NCBI GenBank assembly: GCA_963778655.1
Contig: CAVZVA010000009.1
Span: 544,001 to 608,000, forward strand
Reading direction: 5' to 3'
DNA length: 64,000 bases
Origin: an uncultured delta proteobacterium
GTDB taxonomy: Bacteria; Myxococcota_A; Polyangia; Polyangiales; JAFGIB01
Both the position numbers and the translations under genes were made by a program. Below are positions 1 through 8,102 of the stretch, one piece after another. The notes beneath the pieces were generated by a model. It made no database searches, had not been told where the DNA came from, and saw nothing but the letters and a program-made list of their open reading frames with translations. Position 1 is the first letter of the stretch. Every line of letters begins with the position of its first letter.

Positions 1-1817
1 GCGGCCGGGGTCGCGGATTGCGGCTCGACCGCACGCGGCGCCTGGGCGGCCGGCGGTGCAATCTGCTTCGCGGGCCCGACCGCGGGCTGCGGTTCGGTGG
101 CTGTGGCCGCAGAGCGCTTTGGCATGGCGGCCGGCGCCGGAGGTGAGCGCCGCAGCGCGACGAAAGCAATCACTGCCACGGCCGCGAGCGCTGCCAGGGC
201 GAGCCGGCTCAACGCGCGCCAGCGCGGCACGGCGCCCGCGTCGCTTGCGCGCTCGACCTCGAGCGGCGGCCGCAGCGTGTCTTCGTCGAGCCCGGGGGCC
301 ATGAGATCCCCCGTGGCCAGGGCCGAAGCCGGCGTGGGTTGGGTGCGCTCCGACAGCGGGTCTTGGGCTTGCGCCCGCGCGTCGCCGGGCGCGCTCTCGC
401 CCGCGGCGATCGACGCGGCGTTCTGGGGCGGCAACGCCTCGGTTGGCGCCGGCGCGGCGAGCTCGGTCACGCCTGAGCCGGCACCCGGTGCTGCTTCCTC
501 TCCTGTCCATGGGCGCGGTCCGCCGGCCGCGGCTCCGCCGAGCGGCGACTTCAGCGCCGCCGCGTCGAGCTTCCAGGCCGGCAGCGCGGGCTTCGGCGCC
601 CTGGCTCCCTTGCGCGCCGGCTGCGGCTTGGCGGCCGCGGGCCTACTCGCGGGACTCGTGCCTGAGGCGCGCCGGCTGGTGGTCTGTCTCTTCGTCGCTG
701 CCGAGCCGGCCCTCGCGCCCTCGGCCTTGGGCGCGCCCGCGCGCGATCTCGACGAGGACGACGCGGCCTGCGCGTGGACCCGCCGCTTGGTCTGCCACAC
801 CGGCTGCGTGGGGCGGCGCTTGCCCCCGGGGGCCTGGGTCTGCGCGGGCGCGCTGCGGGGGGCGATGAACGGGCCGACCAGCGTGCGCGGCCGAGGAACG
901 CGCCGCTCGGACGCGCTCTTGGCGTCCGGCGCGGGCATCTGGGCTGCGGCCGCCGCCAGCTCCCTCACCAGCTGCGCTGCGGAGCGCTGCCGCTTCCACT
1001 GCTCGCGCGCGAGGCCCCGCGCGAGCACATCCTCGAGCGCTTGCGGGAAGCGCTGGCCCGAGACCTGGGACAACGTCGGCGGCGGACCCTTGGCCTTCTC
1101 GCGCAGCAGCGCGGGCAGATCCTCGCACTCGAACGGCAGGTTGCCCGTGATCAGCTCGAACGCCACGGTCGCCAGCGCATACACGTCGCTGGCCGGCTCG
1201 GAGGCGCCTCCGGCCAGCACCTCGGGCGCCATGAACTCCGGCGTCCCGCTGGGCTCGAGCCAGACCTGCTGGACCAGCGGGTCAGCGGCGGCGATGCCGA
1301 AATCGAGCAGCAGGGCGGTCTCCTTGCCGTCGTCGCCGCGGATGTACATCAGGTTCTCGGACTTGATGTCGCGATGCACCAGCCCCTCGGCGTGCAGCGC
1401 GTCGAGCGCCGAGGCCACCCCCTCCAGCAAGACCGCGACGCGCTGCGGCGTCATCGGGCCTTCCTCTCCGAGCTGCGTGGCCAGGTCGGTGCCGGCGATC
1501 ATCGGCATCACCAGATAGGGGCGGCCGTCGGGCAGGCTGCCCGAGTCCGAGACGCCGACCACGTGTCCGTGCGACAGCGAGCTGGCCAGCCGCGCCTCGT
1601 GGATGAAGCGCTCGACCGCGTCGAAATCGTCCACGAAGGCCTCGTCCAGGACCTTGATCGCCACCTCGCGCTGCTGCTGCTCGTGCAGTGCGGCGTAGAT
1701 GACGCTCATCCCGCCGCGGACGTGGACGCGCTCGACCAGGTAGCGGTCGTTGATCCGGGTGCCGATCAGGGGGTCGGGGGCCTGCGCGGGCAGAGGCTTG
1801 CTCGGCGTCACGGACAT
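1..1817 (-). CDS. Hanks-type Ser/Thr protein kinase with Ala/Pro-rich linker and TM segment (runs off the window start)
   Basis: Not in the ORF track. Manual translation from ATG 1817 gives MSVTPSKPLPAQAPDPLIGTRINDRYLVERVHVRGGMSVIY..VAIKVL..HRDIKSEN..DFG..GTPEFMAPE..DVYAL, then LALAALAAVAVIAFVAL near 160-210. Start overlaps the upstream stop at 1808. Confidence 0.93.
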   Translation of the reverse strand, partial: MSVTPSKPLPAQAPDPLIGTRINDRYLVERVHVRGGMSVIYAALHEQQQREVAIKVLDEAFVDDFDAVERFIHEARLASSLSHGHVVGVSDSGSLPDGRPYLVMPMIAGTDLATQLGEEGPMTPQRVAVLLEGVASALDALHAEGLVHRDIKSENLMYIRGDDGKETALLLDFGIAAADPLVQQVWLEPSGTPEFMAPEVLAGGASEPASDVYALATVAFELITGNLPFECEDLPALLREKAKGPPPTLSQVSGQRFPQALEDVLARGLAREQWKRQRSAAQLVRELAAAAAQMPAPDAKSASERRVPRPRTLVGPFIAPRSAPAQTQAPGGKRRPTQPVWQTKRRVHAQAASSSSRSRAGAPKAEGARAGSAATKRQTTSRRASGTSPASRPAAAKPQPARKGARAPKPALPAWKLDAAALKSPLGGAAAGGPRPWTGEEAAPGAGSGVTELAAPAPTEALPPQNAASIAAGESAPGDARAQAQDPLSERTQPTPASALATGDLMAPGLDEDTLRPPLEVERASDAGAVPRWRALSRLALAALAAVAVIAFVALRRSPPAPAAMPKRSAATATEPQPAVGPAKQIAPPAAQAPRAVEPQSATPA

Positions 1818-3730
1818 GGGGCGTTACTCCCATCCATACACTGACCCGACGCGCAGTGACAGCCGTCGCCAGTGCAGGCGTTTCCGCAGCCGCCGCAGTT
1901 CATGTCGTCGGTGCTCGTGTCCGTGCAGCCGCCCTGGCAGCACGCCTGCCCATTGGGGCATGCGCTGCAAGCGCCACAGGCATCGGCGACGCTGGTTGCG
2001 TCGCAGCACTGTGCGACGGCGGGGATGTCCACGCAGCCGCTGGGGCAGCAGGCCTGGCCCGCGCCGCAGCCGCCGCAGCCGCCGCAATGGTCCACGCTGC
2101 CGGTGTCGACGCACGCGTTGCCGCAGCAGGCCTGACCCGCGCCGCAGCCGCCGCAACCGCCGCAATGGTCCACGCTGCCGGTGTCGACGCACGCGTTGCC
2201 GCAGCAGGCCTGACCCGCGCCGCAGCCGCCGCAACCGCCGCAATGGTCCACGCTGCCGGTGTCGATGCACGCGCCGCCGCAGCAAGCCTGACCGGCACTG
2301 CAACCGCCGCAGCCGCCGCAGTGATCGACCGTCGTCGTGGGCACGCAGGTGCCGCCGCAACAGGCCGAGCTCGCGCCGCAGGCATTGCCGCAGCTGCCAC
2401 AGTATTGCGGGTCCGAGCTCACGTCCCTGCACACGCCGGCGCAGCACTCGGCACCCGCGCCACAGCGCGTGCCGCACGCACCGCAGTTCTGCGGGTCGGT
2501 CGCGAGCTGGAAGTCTTCGTCCACGTAGCCGTCGCAGTCCTCGTCGCTACCGTCGCACGCGGTCTCGGACGATTGCGGCGTCGGGGTCACGCACACCAAG
2601 TCGCTGCCCTTGCACTGCTGCGTGCCGAACAGGCACACGCCCTGCTTCGCGAAGTCCAGGCACAGCAGGCCGAGCCCGGGCACGTCGTCGGTCAAGCGGT
2701 TGCAGTCGTCGTCCGAGCCCGGATTGGCGCAGCTCTCCGTGCCCGGCACGACCGAGCCCTCGCACGCACCGAAGGCGCCGTTGTGGCAGGTCTGCGTGCC
2801 GGCGCGGCAGATGCCCACGCCGGCGGTGCGCGCGGGGCCGCCGTAGCAGCGCTGGGTTTGCGAGCCCGTGCAGGGGCAGCCGTCGTCGATCTGGCCGTTG
2901 CAGTTCTCGTCGGCCGCCTCGGTGCCTCCGCACACCTCCTGCGAAGGCACCACCGCACCACCGCACGCCTGCAGCTTGCCGTCCTTGCACACGCGCTTGC
3001 CCGCCTTGCACACGCCGGTGCAGGCGAAGCCGCCGCTTCCGTCGGCGGTGCAGCCGGGCATGTCCGCCGGGTAGCAGTTGACGTCGGTGCCGTTGTCGAT
3101 CACGCCGTCACAGTCGTCGTCGATCCCGTTGCAGACCTCGGCCGAGGGCCCGCCGCCAGCGCGGCACACCGGCACACCCTGCTCGCAGGCCAACACGCCC
3201 GCGCCGCAGGCGCCTTGACCCGTCACCGGACACGAGCCGAGCGCAATCTCTTCGTCGACCTTTCCGTCGCAGTCATCGTCTGCGCCGTTGCAAGCCTCAC
3301 TGACCGGGGCGAGCTGGCCCACACAGGCCTGCAAGCTGGTGCCGTTGCACTGAGCCTTTCCGTCACGGCAGATGCCCTTGCCCCGTGTCTCGGGCGGGCC
3401 GAGGTAACACGGCGCGCCGGCCACGCAATTGCCCTGCGGCGTCGGGCTCCCGCTTCCGACCGAGCCCGAGCCCGAGCCGCCCGCGGTCGAGCCGGCCCCG
3501 CCGCCTTGCGCACCCCCGAGCCCCGAGCCCGAGCCGCCCTCGCCGGTTGCCGGCAGGCCCCCCGTGGCATCGGCCAGACAGTAATCGAGGTAGCAGTGCC
3601 CGGGCGGGCAGCTGGAGTCGCAGCCGTGCGCCCCGTTGGCCTTGTCGTGGAACGAGCAGCCCGCGACGCCTGCGAGCGGCAGCACAAGCAGCAGGCCGAG
3701 CCAGGCTGAGGAACAGCGAGCCCGAGTCAC
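1808..3730 (-). CDS. Cys-rich repeat lipoprotein with CNGxDDDCDGxxDE acidic repeats and Stig1-like DxxxCGxCGxxC repeats
   Basis: C-terminal 640 aa of ORF 1808..4783. GTG at 3730 overlaps a TGA (GTGA) and is followed by the signal/lipobox-like WLGLLLVLPLAGVAGC. Confidence 0.8.
   Translation of the reverse strand: MTRARCSSAWLGLLLVLPLAGVAGCSFHDKANGAHGCDSSCPPGHCYLDYCLADATGGLPATGEGGSGSGLGGAQGGGAGSTAGGSGSGSVGSGSPTPQGNCVAGAPCYLGPPETRGKGICRDGKAQCNGTSLQACVGQLAPVSEACNGADDDCDGKVDEEIALGSCPVTGQGACGAGVLACEQGVPVCRAGGGPSAEVCNGIDDDCDGVIDNGTDVNCYPADMPGCTADGSGGFACTGVCKAGKRVCKDGKLQACGGAVVPSQEVCGGTEAADENCNGQIDDGCPCTGSQTQRCYGGPARTAGVGICRAGTQTCHNGAFGACEGSVVPGTESCANPGSDDDCNRLTDDVPGLGLLCLDFAKQGVCLFGTQQCKGSDLVCVTPTPQSSETACDGSDEDCDGYVDEDFQLATDPQNCGACGTRCGAGAECCAGVCRDVSSDPQYCGSCGNACGASSACCGGTCVPTTTVDHCGGCGGCSAGQACCGGACIDTGSVDHCGGCGGCGAGQACCGNACVDTGSVDHCGGCGGCGAGQACCGNACVDTGSVDHCGGCGGCGAGQACCPSGCVDIPAVAQCCDATSVADACGACSACPNGQACCQGGCTDTSTDDMNCGGCGNACTGDGCHCASGQCMDGSNAPCP
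2045..2360 (-). repeat. Intragenic 78-bp tandem repeat (26-aa CVDTGSVDHCGGCGGCGAGQACCGNA unit)
   Basis: ggtccacgctgccggtgtcga recurs at about 2089, 2167 and 2245; three near-identical copies plus a degenerate one. Confidence 0.9.
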
Positions 3731-4783
3731 AGGCTCGTCTCCCAGGTCCCGGACACGGCCAGACCGGCGGCGTGCGGGCCGATCAGCGGCGCCAGCGCGG
3801 TCTCGGTCCGGCCGCGCTTCGATTGCGCGATCGAGATCGAGCGCCAGCCACACCCCGCCGGCCGCAATCGCGGCGCCACCCACGCCCAGCAGCAGGCTGG
3901 CGGCAAGCGCTTGGTGATGGCCGAGCGTGCGCGTGCGTTCCGCGGCGTCGGCTTGCGCGGCCGTGGTCACCGGCAGCGCGGCGTAATTGTGCTCGGTGGC
4001 CTTCATCGCGGCGAACATCACCACGCCCGCCGTGATTGCCACCACGCCCGCACCGGCGACCAGCAGCGGCGGCAAAGGCAGCACCGCGCCGCCGCGGTCG
4101 GCGGGCGTCGCACGCGCCGGCGCGGCAGTCTCCGCCGGTTTGGGCTCGGGCGCTGCCGCTTCTGCGGGTCGGTTGGCGGCTTCCTCGGCTGCGGATTGTT
4201 CGGCCTCGAACAGCTCGTGGACCATCCCGTCGAGCGCCGCGAGCTGAGCACGGGTGAGCTTGCTTCCCCGCCCGCCGCGGCTGACCGAGCGCGGCTCGCC
4301 CTCGCCCTCCGCATCGAAGCGCATCAGGCGCAGCACGAGCGAGCCTCCGCGGCGAGCCACCGAGGGCACCACCAGCACCTGCGCCTCGAGCCGGTGCGCC
4401 ACCGCGGAAAGGCAGCTCGGGCTCTCGTCTGTGCAGTCGATCGCGAGCTGCACGGCTTCGAGGTCGAGCGGCGGTGGCGGGAGCAGCTCGAGGAAGGACA
4501 GCTTCGCGACCGCGGCGCGAGTTTCGCGTTCGAGCTCCGCAGGCTTGCCCGAGCCGCCGGTCGGCCCGACGATCACGAGCACGCGCTTGGTGTCGTCCGC
4601 TCGGGCCTGCGCCGTGACGCTCGCGGTGAGCGCTGCCAAGAGCGCGTACAGCGCCCTACGGGATGCGAAACCGGGGCGCAGCCCGCCCCTCCATGACTCG
4701 CGCCAGCTCACAGAACGCCCGTCCGCCCGCACACGCAGCTCCAGCGGAACTACAAGATGAGCTAGCACGCCGGCAAGCGACAC
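3727..4783 (-). CDS. Exported hypothetical protein with C-terminal hydrophobic segments; apparent +1 frameshift near 3828; start uncertain
   Basis: Signal-like LYALLAALTASVTAQARA and two hydrophobic stretches. The +1 frame after GGVWLALDLDR reads QSKRGRTETALAPLIGPHAAGLAVSGTWETSL-stop(3727), overlapping the next GTG. Confidence 0.65.
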
Positions 4784-5182
4784 GGTTCACAGGTCTTGCA
4801 CTTTTCTCAAGAATGCTCGGTAGGGATAACTGGCGGCAGCTTTGTGCAGGCAGGGGAGGGCGCGAGCCGCCTGCCGCACGCTTGCCCGAGCACGAGGCCG
4901 CAGGCCGTTCATGGGCATCCGCGAGCCCTTGCGCCGCAAGCTCGCCCGTTCGTGAACAGGCACAGGTCGGGTCGTCGCTCTCGGACGTGCCCGGCCAACG
5001 CTCAGGCACGTCCAGGCCCGGGTCGGCGATCGACGAGCTCGAATCCCGGCGCCTAGTCCTAGTCCTAGTGCGCCGCGCCGGAAGTCGAGTCAGCCCGGGC
5101 TCGCCGCCGGGAGCATCGCTGGGGGCAGCTCGTTTCGCGGCCGGTCGCGCGGGCGACTTCGGAGAGATCCGACCGGGCGAGC

Positions 5183-5722
5183 CTATAAGCGGCTGCTGAC
5201 CTCCATCGCGAACATCTTCATCGGCTCGACCATCGAGGCGTTGGTCGGCATGGTCGCGCCGATGCTGAAGTAGGTGAGCACGACGGAACGGCCGCCCTGC
5301 AGCCACCCGATGTCGATCCCGCTCATCTCGCTGACCTTCACGTAGCCGTCCTGTCCGACCGCCAGCGGATCCGCGCCGGACGGCGCGCTGTTGTAGCCGG
5401 TGCCGTCCCACAGACGAAAATGCAGGTTCTGACTGTAGGTGCTGCCGATGCTGTCTTGCTCCTCGTAGGTCCAGGAGCACTGCCCGAGCAAGGCAGGGTC
5501 CACTATCAACTGGTCCGAATCGCGCTTGGCGGTCTGGCCGAACAGCGCGGTCGCGTCGGCCTGCGTGACGATCGCGCAGGCGTCGAAGCTCTTGCCCTGC
5601 GAGCCGCCGCCGGAGCCGCCGTCCGCACCCGCCCCACCACCCCCGCAGCCGAGCGCCCCGCTGCCGAGCCACAGCGAGGCCAGCAGCGACAGCGACTCAC
5701 GGGGTCGCAATCGTGAACGCAT
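5183..5722 (-). CDS. Putative lipoprotein (DUF3558-like DACxLxT...CxW pattern)
   Basis: MRSRLRPRESLSLLASLWLGSGALGC lipobox-like; DACAIVTQADATALFG...GQCSWTY; AAGGAG upstream of ATG 5722. Confidence 0.7.
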   Translation of the reverse strand: MRSRLRPRESLSLLASLWLGSGALGCGGGGAGADGGSGGGSQGKSFDACAIVTQADATALFGQTAKRDSDQLIVDPALLGQCSWTYEEQDSIGSTYSQNLHFRLWDGTGYNSAPSGADPLAVGQDGYVKVSEMSGIDIGWLQGGRSVVLTYFSIGATMPTNASMVEPMKMFAMEVSSRL

Positions 5723-5739
5723 CGCGCGCTCCTTTGCGC

Positions 5740-6102
5740 TCAGCCCGGCAAGTCGGTGCTGGTCAGCACTTCGTGGATCTCGAGCACGTTGGGGCCGGCG
5801 AACATCTCGCGCGGCGGCCGGTTGTTGTGGGCCTCGGCAAAGGCCGGGCTGCGTGTCCACGCCACGAAGTCCTCGAAGCTGCGCCACCAGGTCTTGACCT
5901 CGTAGTAGCCCTGCGCCTCCGGGTCGTCGGTCCAGGTGCCCTGCGCGTGGTCCAGCTTCATGGGCCGTGGCCGGTGCACCTCGTTGCGCACGAACCCGGG
6001 AGCTTGGTCGACCAGATGGGCGCGGCGTTTGAAGCGATCTTCGAAATCGATTTCGTGGCCCTTGGCCACCGGAATGCGGTTGGTGGTGACGATCATGACC
6101 AT
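5740..6102 (-). CDS. Antibiotic biosynthesis monooxygenase family, IsdG/MhuD-like heme-degrading type
   Basis: TNRIPV..FEDRF..R..LVDQAPGF..WWRSFEDFVAWTRSPAFAEAH retains the Asn/Trp/His triad known from IsdG-family enzymes. Confidence 0.85.
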   Translation of the reverse strand: MVMIVTTNRIPVAKGHEIDFEDRFKRRAHLVDQAPGFVRNEVHRPRPMKLDHAQGTWTDDPEAQGYYEVKTWWRSFEDFVAWTRSPAFAEAHNNRPPREMFAGPNVLEIHEVLTSTDLPG

Positions 6103-6181
6103 GCACCTCGCTTGCAGCGTCCGCGAAGCGTAACACCGAGGCCGCGCCCGTTGGCCGGGAAAACCGCCCGAGCCGGCGGCC

Positions 6182-7162
6182 TCAGCGGTTGACGCTGCGC
6201 ATGTCGGGATAGCGCTGGCCGCTGGCGGCGCCCCTGGGCGCCGCCTCATCGATGCGCGCGAGCTCGTCGCGGCTGAGCGCGATCTCCGTCGCCGCCACGT
6301 TCTGCTCGAGGTAGCGCCGCCGTTTGGTACCCGGAATCACCACGATGTCGTCGCCCTGCGCGAGCACCCACGCGAGCGCGAGCTGCGCCGGGGTCACCTT
6401 GCGTGCCCGCGCGAGCTCGTTCAGACGCGCCACGACTTGCAGGTTCTGCTGGAAGTTCTCGGCGGTGAAGCGCGGAAACATGCGCCGCCGGTCGTCGGGC
6501 GCGAGGTCTTCCGACCGCTTGATGTCGCCGCTCAGCATGCCGCGCCCGAGCGGGCTGTAGGCGACGAAGCCGATGCCGAGCCGGCGCGTGGTCCGCAGGA
6601 TGCCTTCTTCCGGCTCACGGCTGAACAGCGAGTATTCGGTCTGCAGCGCGCTGATCGGGTGCACCCGATGGGCGCGCTCGATCGTGGCCGGGGCGGCCTC
6701 GGAAAGCCCCAGGTAACGCACCTTGCCGGCGCGCACCAGCTCGGCCATGGCCCCTACCGTGTCTTCGATCGGCACGTTGGGGTCGACCCGGTGCTGATAG
6801 TAGAGGTCGATGTGCTCCACGCCGAGCCGCTTCAATGACGCATCCGCGCAGCTGCGCACGTACTCGGGACGCCCGTCGACGCCCCGGAACGAGCCGTCGG
6901 CGCCGCGCACGTTGCCGAACTTGGTGGCGATGATCGCGCGCTCGCGCTTGCCGCGCAGCGCGCGCCCGAGCAGCTCCTCGTTGGTGAACGGGCCGTACAT
7001 GTCGGCCGTGTCGAAGAAATCGACCCCGAGCTCGAGCGCGCGCTCGATGGTGGCAATCGACTCCGCCTCGTCGCGCGGGCCGTAAAACTCCGACATGCCC
7101 ATGCAGCCGAGCCCGATCTCGGCGACCTCGAGTCCCTGTGTGCCAAGCTTGCGTTTCTTCAT
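6182..7162 (-). CDS. Aldo/keto reductase
   Basis: [61 protein letters not shown]. Confidence 0.96.
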   Translation of the reverse strand: MKKRKLGTQGLEVAEIGLGCMGMSEFYGPRDEAESIATIERALELGVDFFDTADMYGPFTNEELLGRALRGKRERAIIATKFGNVRGADGSFRGVDGRPEYVRSCADASLKRLGVEHIDLYYQHRVDPNVPIEDTVGAMAELVRAGKVRYLGLSEAAPATIERAHRVHPISALQTEYSLFSREPEEGILRTTRRLGIGFVAYSPLGRGMLSGDIKRSEDLAPDDRRRMFPRFTAENFQQNLQVVARLNELARARKVTPAQLALAWVLAQGDDIVVIPGTKRRRYLEQNVAATEIALSRDELARIDEAAPRGAASGQRYPDMRSVNR

Positions 7163-7190
7163 GCGCGAACCATAGCGCAAGCCGGCGACT

Positions 7191-7323
7191 CCGGTGGCTC
7201 CGCTGCCTCCGGTGGCTCCGCTGCCGCCGCGGCCGCTTTGGCCGAGCCCAGCCGATCCGCGGCTGCACCCGAGCCGCCGAGCCCAGCTGCTCCGCCGGCT
7301 GCACCCGAGCCGCCGAGCCCAGC
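7191..7323. repeat. Intergenic direct repeats (17 bp x2, period 18; 27 bp x2, period 36)
   Basis: ccggtggctccgctgcc at 7191 and 7209; ggctgcacccgagccgccgagcccagc at 7261 and 7297. Confidence 0.8.
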
Positions 7324-7610
7324 CGAGCCCCGGCTCCACCCGGTCCGGCTCAACAACCGGCTCGCCGCGACAAGAGAACCGCCTCGAATCGACCGCTGCA
7401 GCGGCCGGGCTCGGCGATGCCCGGGCTACGCGGGCGCAGCAATGGTGGCGGCGGGGCCCGACGGGCTCGTGCGCGCAGCGAGCCGAAAAAATTCCGTTTG
7501 GGCAACGTTCGACGCGACAACCCGCGGTTGTGGAAAGGGCACCCATCCCGACTATTCTCTTCTGGCCGTGGGTTGTCTCTGAGCGATCGCTGCCCACCAA
7601 CGGAGCCTCG

Positions 7611-8102
7611 ATGTTGAAAGCCGATCTCTTCACCAGCCAATTCCCGAGCCTTTCGGTAGCGCTATCGCCAGCCGAGCTGGACGGCTTGCTCGCGGCCTTG
7701 GAGATTGAGCACATTGCCGCCGGCGAGACCCTCATCACCCAGGGCACTCCGTCGGACGCGCTCTACCTGGTGTGGGAGGGCGCGCTCGACGTCGAGTTCG
7801 CGAGCAAGCGAGGCAACTCCCTCTCGCGGCTGGGGCCGGGTGAGGTGGCCGGCGAGGTGTCGCTGCTCGATCCGGGTCCGGCCACGGCAACCGTCTATTC
7901 CGACGCGGGCTGCACCGCCCTGGTGCTGCGCCGCGCGCGGCTCGAACGACTGTGGGCGGATCACCCCGAGACGGCGACACGCTTTCTGGCCCATCTGTGC
8001 CGAGAGTTGGCCCACCGGATCCGCAAGACCACGATCGTGCTCAATCGCTCGCGCTCGCGACGGATGGCGACGGCCGCCGGAGAGGAGGGGAGGGGATGCT
8101 GA
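7611..8102 (+). CDS. Stand-alone cyclic-nucleotide-binding (CNB/Crp-N) domain protein
   Basis: [47 protein letters not shown]; no HTH follows; GGAG before ATG 7611. Confidence 0.88.
   Translation: MLKADLFTSQFPSLSVALSPAELDGLLAALEIEHIAAGETLITQGTPSDALYLVWEGALDVEFASKRGNSLSRLGPGEVAGEVSLLDPGPATATVYSDAGCTALVLRRARLERLWADHPETATRFLAHLCRELAHRIRKTTIVLNRSRSRRMATAAGEEGRGC

Noticed and set aside
97..1518. 473-aa plus-strand ORF
   Set aside because: Antisense shadow of the minus-strand kinase, which has all catalytic motifs.
2045..2360. Possible CRISPR array
   Set aside because: Repeats are contiguous in-frame coding units with no unique spacers, and no cas genes are present.
1808..4783. Single 991-aa protein
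   Set aside because: An internal lipoprotein signal and an alternative-frame C-terminus indicate two genes.
5053..5070. CTAGTC x3 microsatellite
   Set aside because: Too short to support any function.
6182..7747. 521-aa extended aldo/keto reductase
   Set aside because: Family similarity starts at MKKRKLG (7162); the extension is low-complexity and overlaps the divergent CNB gene.
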